Shown here in pieces: positions 15,243 to 24,020 of a stretch of 64,000 nucleotides of DNA; within the stretch, counting starts at the first letter, position 1, and the number at the start of each line of letters is the position of its first letter. The position numbers were made by a program, and so were the translations under genes. The notes under the pieces were generated by a model. It had not been told where the DNA came from and did not search any database. It worked only from the letters and a program-made list of their open reading frames with translations. The stretch comes from an uncultured virus (IMG/VR IMGVR_UViG_3300027842_000121) (Duplodnaviria; Heunggongvirae; Uroviricota; Caudoviricetes), in IMG/VR virus record IMGVR_UViG_3300027842_000121. One strand, given 5' to 3'.

Positions 15243-15970
15243 ACATAACACTTCGCCCCGAAGGGGGCATCGTCATCGAGCTGGTAAGCAAGCGCGAGAT
15301 GGCGGACATCTATTCCGCACTCGACGCCGCCCGCTCTACCGATGCCAACAGTCAGTCCGCGCGTGAGCTGCGCTGGGCCTTGATCGACGTGATGGCGAAT
15401 ATAACTTCGCAGCAGACTGCCCCTAGTCTCGATTGGGTTAACCCGCCGGACTACGCAAAGCGCCTGGTCATGAAGAACTATGATTCTCGTACCTACAGCA
15501 TTAACGATTTCATCGAATGGGACCGGCAAAAACGACTTGAACTCAATCCGATTTTTCAGCGTCGCTCTATTTGGAGCGACAAGGCTAAAAGCTATCTGAT
15601 CGATACTATTCTGCGTGGAAAACCAATTCCTAAAATCTTCATCAGGCAGAAAATTAATGTGAGCACGAGGGTGTCAATTCGTGAGGTCGTGGACGGTCAG
15701 CAACGACTAAGAACCATATTGTCTTTCATCAAAGACGGGTTTGTTGTTAGCAAATTGCACAACCGAGAATTCGGCGGTTGCCATTATAGTGAGTTGCCGG
15801 ATGAGGTCCAGGTCCAGATACTAGCCTACGAGCTATCAGTTGACCTTCTTATAAATCTGCCGGACGCTGAAATATTGGACATTTTCGGAAGACTTAATTC
15901 TTATGCCATAGTCCTAAACGAAGAGGAAACGACGCACAATCGCCCCCACGAAAATATTGTTGTTGGTTAA
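15239..15970 (+). CDS. DUF262 (GmrSD N-terminal) domain, C-terminally truncated; possible internal start at 15470
   Basis: PIFQRRSIW, LIDTILRGKPIP, VVDGQQRL, IFGRLN..LNEEE, then an abrupt end. Confidence 0.8.
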   Translation: MNITLRPEGGIVIELVSKREMADIYSALDAARSTDANSQSARELRWALIDVMANITSQQTAPSLDWVNPPDYAKRLVMKNYDSRTYSINDFIEWDRQKRLELNPIFQRRSIWSDKAKSYLIDTILRGKPIPKIFIRQKINVSTRVSIREVVDGQQRLRTILSFIKDGFVVSKLHNREFGGCHYSELPDEVQVQILAYELSVDLLINLPDAEILDIFGRLNSYAIVLNEEETTHNRPHENIVVG

Positions 15971-16321
15971 CGAGAACACAAAAGATACAAGCAAACCGAT
16001 ATAATCGGCGCGCAGATGTATCGGAATTTGATTGTATATTTCTAGAGAATCCCAGCGTCGCCTCCGCACTCTGCCCATCATGAGCGCGATTACAAAATTC
16101 CACAAAAACGTTCGGCTTGTTATCCAGCCAAGCAACATCTTGATTATATCAATAACTTGTCCCGGAGTTTCAGGATCTATCGTCAATTTCTCCGCGAATC
16201 CGTAGAAGGCCTCCCGGCAAGCCTCCTGACTCCGAAGTTGCCGAAGCCTAATCTTGGCCAGCAGGCCAACGCCTGCAATGAAGCAAGCTGCCCATATCAG
16301 CCAGTATGTTAGGCACAGCAT
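15914..16321 (-). CDS. membrane protein, AT-rich
   Basis: 135 aa with hydrophobic segments; 3' end overlaps the DUF262 ORF. Confidence 0.5.
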   Translation of the reverse strand: MLCLTYWLIWAACFIAGVGLLAKIRLRQLRSQEACREAFYGFAEKLTIDPETPGQVIDIIKMLLGWITSRTFLWNFVIALMMGRVRRRRWDSLEIYNQIPIHLRADYIGLLVSFVFSLTNNNIFVGAIVRRFLFV

Positions 16322-16327
16322 CAGCGA

Positions 16328-16570
16328 TCACCGATCGTCATAGGGCAGCTCGGGTTGCCGCGGCCACCGATTCCTCATTTGAGTATCTAGCTTTCGCATC
16401 GCAAGTTCGTGCGCAAGATCCGTCACATGAGCGTAAACCTCTTCTCGCCCCGCCGCGATCATCTCCGGCGTGATCTCGATTTCAGTGAAGGACTCACGAC
16501 TCGTTGCCAAGTCGCAATCCGCCTCAGTAGCTCGCCGGCCTGTCGCTGTTCTGCTACTCGAATCGGTCAT
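16328..16570 (-). CDS. hypothetical protein
   Basis: EIEITPEMIAAG motif, 80 aa. Confidence 0.45.
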   Translation of the reverse strand: MTDSSSRTATGRRATEADCDLATSRESFTEIEITPEMIAAGREEVYAHVTDLAHELAMRKLDTQMRNRWPRQPELPYDDR

Positions 16571-16597
16571 GGTACGTTAAGTGCATAATTGCCAAAC

Positions 16598-16629
16598 GAA
16601 AGGGCCGGTGGGGATGGACCGGCCCTTTC
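16598..16629. terminator. hairpin at the end of the late operon
   Basis: GAAAGGGCCGGT / ACCGGCCCTTTC 12-bp stem. Confidence 0.5.
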
Positions 16630-16742
16630 ACGTCAGGGGAATGACGATCGGCGCGGCAAGGGCGCCGAGAATCTGTGTACCGCTATCGATGGTTGATGTC
16701 AAGCGGCTGTCCGCCAACTGACCGCCAGATGGCGGACAGAGA

Positions 16743-17084
16743 TCATCGACGGTTTACCTCAATCCCCGGCAACGACGGCGACGCCACCAATGCGGGCCCT
16801 ATCGGCTGAGCCAAGCCGCCCGGCAGCCCACCTGGCAGTCCTGGGATGGCGCTCACCGGGACCGTGAGGTTGATCGGGATGTTCGGTGTGCCGGTGACGG
16901 GCGAGCCGGAGAAGACGGCGCAGCTGTTTTGTCCCGAACCCTGCCCTTGCGCGCACGAGATGACGATGTATGGGGAGCATCCTGACCCGCATAGGGCAGC
17001 GCCTCCGGCGACCACCAGCAGCCCCACTCGGGCGGTGTGCAGCCCTCCCACCAGCGACAGCGCTCGACATAGCCGCAAGGACAT
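16743..17084 (-). CDS. lipoprotein-like, Pro/Gly-rich protein (possible spanin component)
   Basis: Hydrophobic stretch followed by LCGSGC; last gene of the lysis block. Confidence 0.4.
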   Translation of the reverse strand: MSLRLCRALSLVGGLHTARVGLLVVAGGAALCGSGCSPYIVISCAQGQGSGQNSCAVFSGSPVTGTPNIPINLTVPVSAIPGLPGGLPGGLAQPIGPALVASPSLPGIEVNRR

Positions 17085-17085
17085 A

Positions 17086-17364
17086 TCAGGATGTCAGCTC
17101 CTTGATTGTCCACATGACCGCCTCTTCCAGTGCGGTTATACCGAGGCTTCGATATCTCCCCGGCTGCACCGTCTCGAAAAGCACCAGAAGCTCTTCTGCT
17201 TTTCCTTTGATGGAATCGTGCAGCGCCTGTTCATCCGCGCTCAGCGTTCGGTAGATGGGACGAAATCGAGAAGACTGTATATTTTTTGGAGACCCACCGA
17301 TTTTAGCCGCCACAGTCTCTGGTTGGCTCATCGATTCCTCATGATGGTTGGGGTAGATATTCAT
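17086..17364 (-). CDS. Acb2/Tad1-like hairpin protein (candidate nucleotide-signal sponge)
   Basis: YRTLSADE...K...PGRYRSLGITALEEAVMW. Confidence 0.65.
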   Translation of the reverse strand: MNIYPNHHEESMSQPETVAAKIGGSPKNIQSSRFRPIYRTLSADEQALHDSIKGKAEELLVLFETVQPGRYRSLGITALEEAVMWTIKELTS

Positions 17365-17597
17365 GGGTTCCGCTGCTGCTTTGCCATGTCCACAATCGCC
17401 TCGTCCTTGCCCTTCGAGCCCGAGGATGAGCCGAGCCAGTAACCGACCGCGGTCGTGGCGTTGGCGATTGCAGCGCCGACCGTCAGGTTGAGCAGCCCGG
17501 AATCTCGAAAGAAGAACGAGACGACAAGCGCTCCGGTGAACGTCGAGAGCGCGACCACCGAAACGATGATCGCGCCCAAGGTGCGGGTGTCGGGCAA
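17361..17597 (-). CDS. holin-like two-TM protein
   Basis: Two hydrophobic helices, YWLGSSSGS, charged tail. Confidence 0.6.
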   Translation of the reverse strand: MPDTRTLGAIIVSVVALSTFTGALVVSFFFRDSGLLNLTVGAAIANATTAVGYWLGSSSGSKGKDEAIVDMAKQQRNP

Positions 17598-18038
17598 TTA
17601 CGGCCCCGGTGCGGTCGGGGTAGCCTGCGGCTGCGAAACGACGCCGGTCAGATCGAAGCCCTCGGTCATCGCTGGGCCAGGAGGCGGCACGACGATATCG
17701 AACATCACATTCTGCGAGGCGCTGTCCTCGGCCAGACCGGCCGAGTCGGTGAGGGTGATGCTGATCCCGCCGCCGCTGTTGCCGGCGTCGGATTCGACGA
17801 CGAGCGGGGTCAGGCTGACCGCCGGATTGGAGGTGCCAGGCATGACGGTCACGGCAACACCGAGGCTCGCGGCGAACGAGCCGGACGCAACAGCGGAGAC
17901 GGTATCGCCCGCCGGGGCCGGCACGACATTGCCGCCCGCGTCCTTGTCGACCAGCGGCACGAAATAAACCTCATTGTTGTTGAGGGCCGCGTGGCCGTTC
18001 GGAAGCATTATCAACGCCATAATTCCAGATCCTTTCAT
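17598..18038 (-). CDS. hypothetical beta-rich protein
   Basis: 146 aa, coupled within the late operon. Confidence 0.6.
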   Translation of the reverse strand: MKGSGIMALIMLPNGHAALNNNEVYFVPLVDKDAGGNVVPAPAGDTVSAVASGSFAASLGVAVTVMPGTSNPAVSLTPLVVESDAGNSGGGISITLTDSAGLAEDSASQNVMFDIVVPPPGPAMTEGFDLTGVVSQPQATPTAPGP

Positions 18039-18430
18039 GGTCCGGGTTTGGTGGGAGTTTCCTGCGGCTCGGTCACGACGTTATCAAGGTCGAGGCCGAT
18101 CGTCACCGGGATGGCAAACACGGCCGAGTAGATAGCCGCGATCTGCTCGGCCGATTTGCTGACCTTGCTTCTGATGTCTGTCAGGACGGCAAGGGCCGCG
18201 GTCTGGTTTTCATCGACGGACTGCTGGAGCGCTATAAGTTCCGAGGCAATCTTGTTCTGCACCAGTAAAAGTGATGATTGCCCGACCAGCAACTGCTTCG
18301 TGTTGTTGAGGATGTTGTCGAGCTCAGGACCGAAGTTGAAAAGGTTGGTTGCCATGCTGTAGATTTTTTCCAGCCCAGGAGGATGCCTCAACCTCTTGCG
18401 GTCAGGGGCGAGGGTTTGTGTCCATCGCAA
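18035..18430 (-). CDS. hypothetical coiled-coil protein
   Basis: Heptad-like core; C-terminus (DLDNVVTEPQETPTKPGP) resembles that of the next gene (DLTGVVSQPQATPTAPGP). Confidence 0.55.
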   Translation of the reverse strand: MRWTQTLAPDRKRLRHPPGLEKIYSMATNLFNFGPELDNILNNTKQLLVGQSSLLLVQNKIASELIALQQSVDENQTAALAVLTDIRSKVSKSAEQIAAIYSAVFAIPVTIGLDLDNVVTEPQETPTKPGP

Positions 18431-18473
18431 ATCCCCGCCCCGCTTTAATAAACTCTTGACTTTCCCGCGTCAA

Positions 18474-18746
18474 CTAGCACCCCTCGTCGCCCGTCATCTT
18501 CGGCCCGAGCCCGGCGACCAGCCGCAGCAACCGCTCGTTCTCGCGGCGCAGTTCCCGGCGCTCTTCCTGGCAATCGCGGAACTGGTCCAGCAACCGGGCG
18601 TAGTCGTCCTGGAGCGTATCGCGGATGCTGTCATGCTCGCCGCGGCGGGAATTGATCACGACGTAAGCGACGGTTAACAGGCTGACCGCAAGGCTTGCGA
18701 GCGGTTGCCAGCTGGAAATGGCATCACCGAGAACGCTGCCCATCAT
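18474..18746 (-). CDS. single-TM coiled-coil protein (holin/spanin-like)
   Basis: N-terminal TM then ERRELRRENERL. Confidence 0.55.
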   Translation of the reverse strand: MMGSVLGDAISSWQPLASLAVSLLTVAYVVINSRRGEHDSIRDTLQDDYARLLDQFRDCQEERRELRRENERLLRLVAGLGPKMTGDEGC

Positions 18747-19314
18747 AGCGCGCCCGCAAAAGGATCGCGGCAGTAAAAAACGGAGCGATCAAAATGCGCC
18801 ACACCTGATCGGTCACGATATACCAGCTTCCGACCCCCGTAATATATCCCATGCCGATTGAATCGATGGCGCCCCTCCAGATCGAACTGATAGAAGACAG
18901 AGCAGTAATGATCAGGATGAGCTGTTGTGGTACGAGTAACAGGCTGATAAATCCCGGCCGTAGTTTTGTGCTCCTGATCGCAATCATCGAAGAGGCTACG
19001 GCACCCAACAGGATCGGGATCAGCGCCCACGGTGCGACGCTGATCGGGAGCGGAAGAGCGCGGATCAGTCCGGAAATCCCAACCGAATAGGCGCCACGCG
19101 ACATAACTAGCGCCACCGCATCGACCAAGTGCGCAACAATTGCCATCTCGATGATCAGCGACCCGACGATCTGCGGCCCAAACAGGTACTCCCAGGCCCT
19201 CAGCAGCCGCGTTTCCATGCCGGCAGTCCGATAATTCGCTCGGAAGATCGTGCATGATCCGCATAACGCACCGAACCGATGTGGAATGTCACGCATTTCA
19301 CACGGAGCGTCCAA
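18724..19314 (-). CDS. multi-pass membrane protein
   Basis: About 4 hydrophobic segments; true start probably later (METRLL). Confidence 0.55.
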   Translation of the reverse strand: MDAPCEMRDIPHRFGALCGSCTIFRANYRTAGMETRLLRAWEYLFGPQIVGSLIIEMAIVAHLVDAVALVMSRGAYSVGISGLIRALPLPISVAPWALIPILLGAVASSMIAIRSTKLRPGFISLLLVPQQLILIITALSSISSIWRGAIDSIGMGYITGVGSWYIVTDQVWRILIAPFFTAAILLRARYDGQRSR

Positions 19315-19349
19315 AAAGCGTCAATGGTTTGGCCGAAACACGATCAATC

Positions 19350-19958
19350 CTACGACCCCCACCACGTCGACAACGCGTCCATCGTGCCGGCGAACCGGTT
19401 GCGGTTGCAGAGCCCTCCAATCCCCGGAACCGCTGTCCGATCGGTGTATTGCCAAAGCGTCCAATCCGTCCAGCCCTTCGGCGGAACCGGCTTGTTGCCG
19501 TACTCCGGCAGCCACAGCGGGGCGCGGGAGAGCACCGAATTGGGCAGCCCTGTACCGTGACCATCGATGCCATATCGCCCCATGTAGACCAGCGGGAGCC
19601 GCCCGGTAGCCATCTGCAGCCGCGCCACCATCTCAGCCGCCTGCATGATGCTGACGGTACCGCCGGGGATCGAGTTTTGCTCCACGTCGATCGCCAGCAC
19701 CGGCTCGCCGTCGGCGACAGACAGGAAATGCGCAACCTGTGCCGCGGGGTCGGAAGCGTCGGCAAAATGGTATGCGCCGACGAGCAGCCCAGCGTCACTA
19801 GCCGCAATCGCCCGGTCGGCAAAGGTCGCATCGATCCAGTGAGAGCCCTGCGTCGCCTTCAGGATTACCGCAGCAATGCCGGCCGACTTGACCGCAGCGA
19901 AATCGATCGGGTTTGGATTCCAGTGCGATAGATCAACGATCGCGTCAATCATTCGCAA
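19350..19958 (-). CDS. GH25 muramidase endolysin
   Basis: VDLSHWN, ILKATQG, GAYHF, LAIDVE, LWQYT. Confidence 0.92.
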   Translation of the reverse strand: MRMIDAIVDLSHWNPNPIDFAAVKSAGIAAVILKATQGSHWIDATFADRAIAASDAGLLVGAYHFADASDPAAQVAHFLSVADGEPVLAIDVEQNSIPGGTVSIMQAAEMVARLQMATGRLPLVYMGRYGIDGHGTGLPNSVLSRAPLWLPEYGNKPVPPKGWTDWTLWQYTDRTAVPGIGGLCNRNRFAGTMDALSTWWGS

Positions 19959-19959
19959 T

Positions 19960-20268
19960 TCAATCGATAAGTCTGGATGACCGCCGCAGCGCGCGATTCA
20001 ATATACGCTGATGAGCGCGAGTCAGGAAAACCGTGTCGCGATGCAGAGCAGTTTGCGGCGTCGTCTCCTTGACCGCCTTCACTCTGTCGTAAAACTCCTG
20101 ATCCTCATACGAGACATGCCCGCGCGGCGGCTTCTCGCGACCGCGCTTGGGACATTCCTCGTCCTCGTTCCCATTCGTAACCCCTGGCACTAGTTTGACG
20201 AACAGTGTGTCGCAGTAAAGGCAGGACGAATGGTGCATCAAGAGCTCGCTTGACCAGTCGTGTTTCAT
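19960..20268 (-). CDS. hypothetical protein
   Basis: Coupled ORF in the late operon. Confidence 0.5.
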   Translation of the reverse strand: MKHDWSSELLMHHSSCLYCDTLFVKLVPGVTNGNEDEECPKRGREKPPRGHVSYEDQEFYDRVKAVKETTPQTALHRDTVFLTRAHQRILNRALRRSSRLID

Positions 20269-20465
20269 GGCTCAATGCCCCGCGGATGCTTCCAGACAAT
20301 CCTTACTTTCCAGCCCGCAATAGCACGTACTTCGTCCCGCGTTTTCGCCGACAAAATCGGTTCTCCGAGAACGAGCGGATCGCCGCCCGGAGAGACGCAG
20401 GGATATTCGTTGTCGTAGGCAAGCCAATCAGGATCTTCGCGCCAGACCCACCACAGCTCACTCAT
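20265..20465 (-). CDS. hypothetical protein
   Basis: AAGGAG upstream; ATGA overlap downstream. Confidence 0.5.
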   Translation of the reverse strand: MSELWWVWREDPDWLAYDNEYPCVSPGGDPLVLGEPILSAKTRDEVRAIAGWKVRIVWKHPRGIEP

Positions 20466-20477
20466 GTCGAGCTCCTT

Positions 20478-23400
20478 TCAATGCCCTGGTGGCGTCGGAT
20501 AGCTGAACGATGAGTCCCACGCGAAATTGGCTAGCTCGGGATTTCCTGTGTAGATCGATGGGGGCGCTGGCCACTCGCTTGCGACCGTGCTCCGCGCCGT
20601 GTTTGACCCCCATACTGCGATCGCAAAGCGTGCCAGATGTAACGCCTGATCCTCCTCGGTCTTCAGATTGATGTTCCCCGGCGTTCCAGGACCGCCGCCG
20701 TAACGCCAGTTGCCAATCATTCCGGTGCAGGCCGAGAGCGGCGGCGCGAACCCCCAGGTCACCGCACCATCTGCGGCATAGTTGAACGGCGCCGTCACCC
20801 CGCAGGTACCGCCATGCGGCAGGATTGTCCCGGTTGTCCCTTGCGGGTTCGCCGCGTCCGGGCACCACACATAGCCTCCGGTCGTCACCGAGTCATTAAT
20901 GCCATTTGCGGGACTGGTCGTCGGGGGGAATGAGCCGAGGTGATTGTCACCGGAATTGCTTCCACCTTCCCAGATCGGCTTCATCAACGTTCCCCCCGGC
21001 ATCGGTGAGTTGCCTGACTGACTCAGCGGAGAACTGCCATCCGACCCGATTGACGGCGGAAAGTCGAGCCGGAACGAATACGCCAGAACATCACCGCTAT
21101 TGACCGTTGTCGTCGGGCTCGAACAGCCTCCAGTCGCCCCGCATTTGATCGAGATCGTCCCCGCTCCACTCGTTCCGCTTATCGCAGAGACAAACATATG
21201 ATGCGGGATGGCCCCACTCTGTGTTGGCAACGCGCCCCCCACGCCGGGACAGGAGGGGAAACATCCTCCGGCACCAAGATCAGCGACGACAGCGCCGAGC
21301 TGGATTAGCGAGACATCTGACACCGAGATCGTGGTCGTACCTGCCGGATTCACCGTCACCGGTGCGGTTGCGGTAATTGAGTGGGTTTGGATGGGGCCAA
21401 ACGACGGGGCGAATGCCGACATATCCACAATCGGATCGCCAGAATACGTCGTTATCGTCGGCCCGGCGAAGTTCCAGATATACTCGTTGAAGTGCTGCGC
21501 ATTTGACGAGTCCGCTTCCCATCCGGCAACCTGCCGCTTGTCGCTGTCTGTATTATATCCAATGTAATCTAGCCAATTAACAGTGCATGACCTGTTTTGA
21601 TATGCCCTCCCGACAATGTAATTGTCAACGTATGTATGCGCCCAGTTATCAAGGTTGGAATTGTCCGCAGGAAACAACATTTCGGCGTCGAGCAATTCCC
21701 CGCCAAGATAGGCGTCCGTGAAATACTCCCCAGATATTGTTGCGTTCGCCGTGCCAGCAACAGCATTGGAATAGTATAGCGCGCCCCCGAGCCATCCTCC
21801 AGACGTAATGTCAAAAGGCTTTGTTCCGACAAAAGGTCCGCAGAAGAAGTAACACGTCGTCACTGTACCCGTGAAAGCGTATGTATCAGCCCCGAGTTTG
21901 GCGATGTGGTTCATCATGATTTGGTAATCGTATTGCGCATTAATATCTGTCGGCGGAAGGAATTTAGTTGCTTCGATCAACGGCCGAAACGACCAAGCCG
22001 GCAGCCGATTACCTCCTGCAATAATATATGCCGTTCCGTAGTAAAACGCCGATCCAAGCTCGGAATACCCCGAACCGTAATTGGTCAATGTATCTTGTGC
22101 TGCGGCGTCCATCGCCTGCAGTTGCCATTCCTCTCCTTCCTGTACATAGGACCACCGAGAATAATTCTGCCAATGCGAATAGTCTGCTCCGCTCGTCTCA
22201 AAAAAGAATCCCCAACCATTTCCGTTGTTTACCCAGCACGGCACTAATGCGCCAATCATATCTGCCGCAAGCACACCATTAGAGTTGAATTTGCTTGCGT
22301 TCGGGCGCGCCACCATGCCGGCCGGCGGCGTCCACGATGCGCTCGCGATCAGGTCAATCGCATAGCGCGTGTCAGGGTCATATGTTCCGGCGTTGCAGCT
22401 GAAATTTGTAGCCGATGCCACGCGATTATTTTGGGTCATCGAAAACCCATAGTCTGACGCTTGAGTCATTGCCAAATACTGAATGACATTGCTTGCAGGT
22501 ATAAAGAAAAAGTCGTGGTCGCCGCCTGATGAATACCCTTGATGGTTGCTCTGTCCTCCCAGTGTGTTGGAATTGAACGATCCCTCGTCGCCAGAGCAGC
22601 AGGGAATATTTGTCGACAACTGAGTACCTGTCTGGGTTAGGATGTAATTCCCGACCGTCACATTGTCGTCAATTGGTGGGATCAGGTGCGAGCCTTTGAA
22701 ATATACCTTGTCGGCAGCCTGATACGTCCCGACAACAGCATTGAGCTCCGCACTCGTCGCCGGCCCCGCCCCGACTGGTATCCAGTCCATCCGCGCATCG
22801 GGCTCAAGGGTCAGCCCGGCGCTCGAAAACTGCTGTACGATACGGGTGAGCGGGATGTAGCCTTGGCTGGCGCAGCGGATGCAGGTGCCCGAGGTCGGGG
22901 TCGCGCCGTTGTACCACTGCACGTCATAGGTGAAGGGCGAAAGTGTGCCGAGGTGGACATATTGATCCTGCGTCACCATCGCCATGGCGCGCAGCGCGTA
23001 GACCGTGCCGTCCGCGTTCTTCCAATCCTCGACCCAAGCGCGCATGACGGGCGCCGGCGGCGCCCACTGCCCGGTGGTGCCGTTGTCGTCGGTGAAGCGG
23101 CAGGCCACTTCCCAGCCGTCCGCAACCGGACCCTGGAGGTACTGCCTGACGATCCCGCAGTGGTTGCTGCTGTTGTAAGCTCCGTTGCCGAGTGCCGTAT
23201 TGATCGCCGCGGTGGCGTTGCTCGATCCCGGCCCCATCGGGCAGCCGGAGCCGGCCGTTGTCACGGTCGTCGTCGCCCCGACAATACCGGTCGCCGGCAG
23301 ATTGTTGATCGTAAAGGCTGGCGACCCGACGCAATTCCCCGAACCCCCGGCATTGACATAGCTATAGACGGTTGCGTGACAAATGTTAGATGTGCACGGG

Positions 23401-24008
23401 CCAGCTCCCGCATTAAACCCACCTCTAACTACAGCAGAAGTTACGGCGCCGGTTGACGGGTCAATGTAAGCACCTGCCTGAACATTTCCGCTAATGTCGA
23501 ATGAGGTTATCCCAGTCTGATTGACATCTGTCAGTTTGACTCGGAGATCTCCGTTCGATGTGACGCAGGAAATCGTACAGGCCGAGGTGTTGTTGTAGCT
23601 GCCAGCCTGGACGGTCCACACCACCTGTTCGAGGGCATGCGCCCCGATCTGCGGGATAAAAAGCGAGAACTGACAGCCGGACGAGCTGCCGTCTGCCCAT
23701 GGCCGTGCACAGCGATCGGCTTGGTAGCGGATCGGATTGCCGCCGACTGTCGGCACCGCAATCGATCCCGAGGGAACCGTACCGGGCGCGAACCCGGCAA
23801 AGGTGTGAACCGGGAAGCAGGTGTTGGCCGCAGCGCAGGTGTTCGATGTGCCGCCAGCCGGGGTCGAGCTCCCGGAGTTGTTGAAAAAATTCTTGGACAT
23901 CACGACGCCGGTCGGCGGCGGAGGTGCGGGCGCACCTCCACGAAAGCTGCCAAAGCTGCCAAACCCGGCAACGATGACAAGAACAGCGGCGATCGCTAAC
24001 CGCCACAT
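20478..24008 (-). CDS. large Cys-rich, signal-peptide-bearing glycan-interacting/tail-associated protein
   Basis: MWRLAIAAVLVIVAG leader, AGGAGG RBS, FAPGTVP...WADGS motif, 1176 aa. Confidence 0.6.
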   Translation of the reverse strand: MWRLAIAAVLVIVAGFGSFGSFRGGAPAPPPPTGVVMSKNFFNNSGSSTPAGGTSNTCAAANTCFPVHTFAGFAPGTVPSGSIAVPTVGGNPIRYQADRCARPWADGSSSGCQFSLFIPQIGAHALEQVVWTVQAGSYNNTSACTISCVTSNGDLRVKLTDVNQTGITSFDISGNVQAGAYIDPSTGAVTSAVVRGGFNAGAGPCTSNICHATVYSYVNAGGSGNCVGSPAFTINNLPATGIVGATTTVTTAGSGCPMGPGSSNATAAINTALGNGAYNSSNHCGIVRQYLQGPVADGWEVACRFTDDNGTTGQWAPPAPVMRAWVEDWKNADGTVYALRAMAMVTQDQYVHLGTLSPFTYDVQWYNGATPTSGTCIRCASQGYIPLTRIVQQFSSAGLTLEPDARMDWIPVGAGPATSAELNAVVGTYQAADKVYFKGSHLIPPIDDNVTVGNYILTQTGTQLSTNIPCCSGDEGSFNSNTLGGQSNHQGYSSGGDHDFFFIPASNVIQYLAMTQASDYGFSMTQNNRVASATNFSCNAGTYDPDTRYAIDLIASASWTPPAGMVARPNASKFNSNGVLAADMIGALVPCWVNNGNGWGFFFETSGADYSHWQNYSRWSYVQEGEEWQLQAMDAAAQDTLTNYGSGYSELGSAFYYGTAYIIAGGNRLPAWSFRPLIEATKFLPPTDINAQYDYQIMMNHIAKLGADTYAFTGTVTTCYFFCGPFVGTKPFDITSGGWLGGALYYSNAVAGTANATISGEYFTDAYLGGELLDAEMLFPADNSNLDNWAHTYVDNYIVGRAYQNRSCTVNWLDYIGYNTDSDKRQVAGWEADSSNAQHFNEYIWNFAGPTITTYSGDPIVDMSAFAPSFGPIQTHSITATAPVTVNPAGTTTISVSDVSLIQLGAVVADLGAGGCFPSCPGVGGALPTQSGAIPHHMFVSAISGTSGAGTISIKCGATGGCSSPTTTVNSGDVLAYSFRLDFPPSIGSDGSSPLSQSGNSPMPGGTLMKPIWEGGSNSGDNHLGSFPPTTSPANGINDSVTTGGYVWCPDAANPQGTTGTILPHGGTCGVTAPFNYAADGAVTWGFAPPLSACTGMIGNWRYGGGPGTPGNINLKTEEDQALHLARFAIAVWGSNTARSTVASEWPAPPSIYTGNPELANFAWDSSFSYPTPPGH

Positions 24009-24020
24009 TTCAACCTCCTG

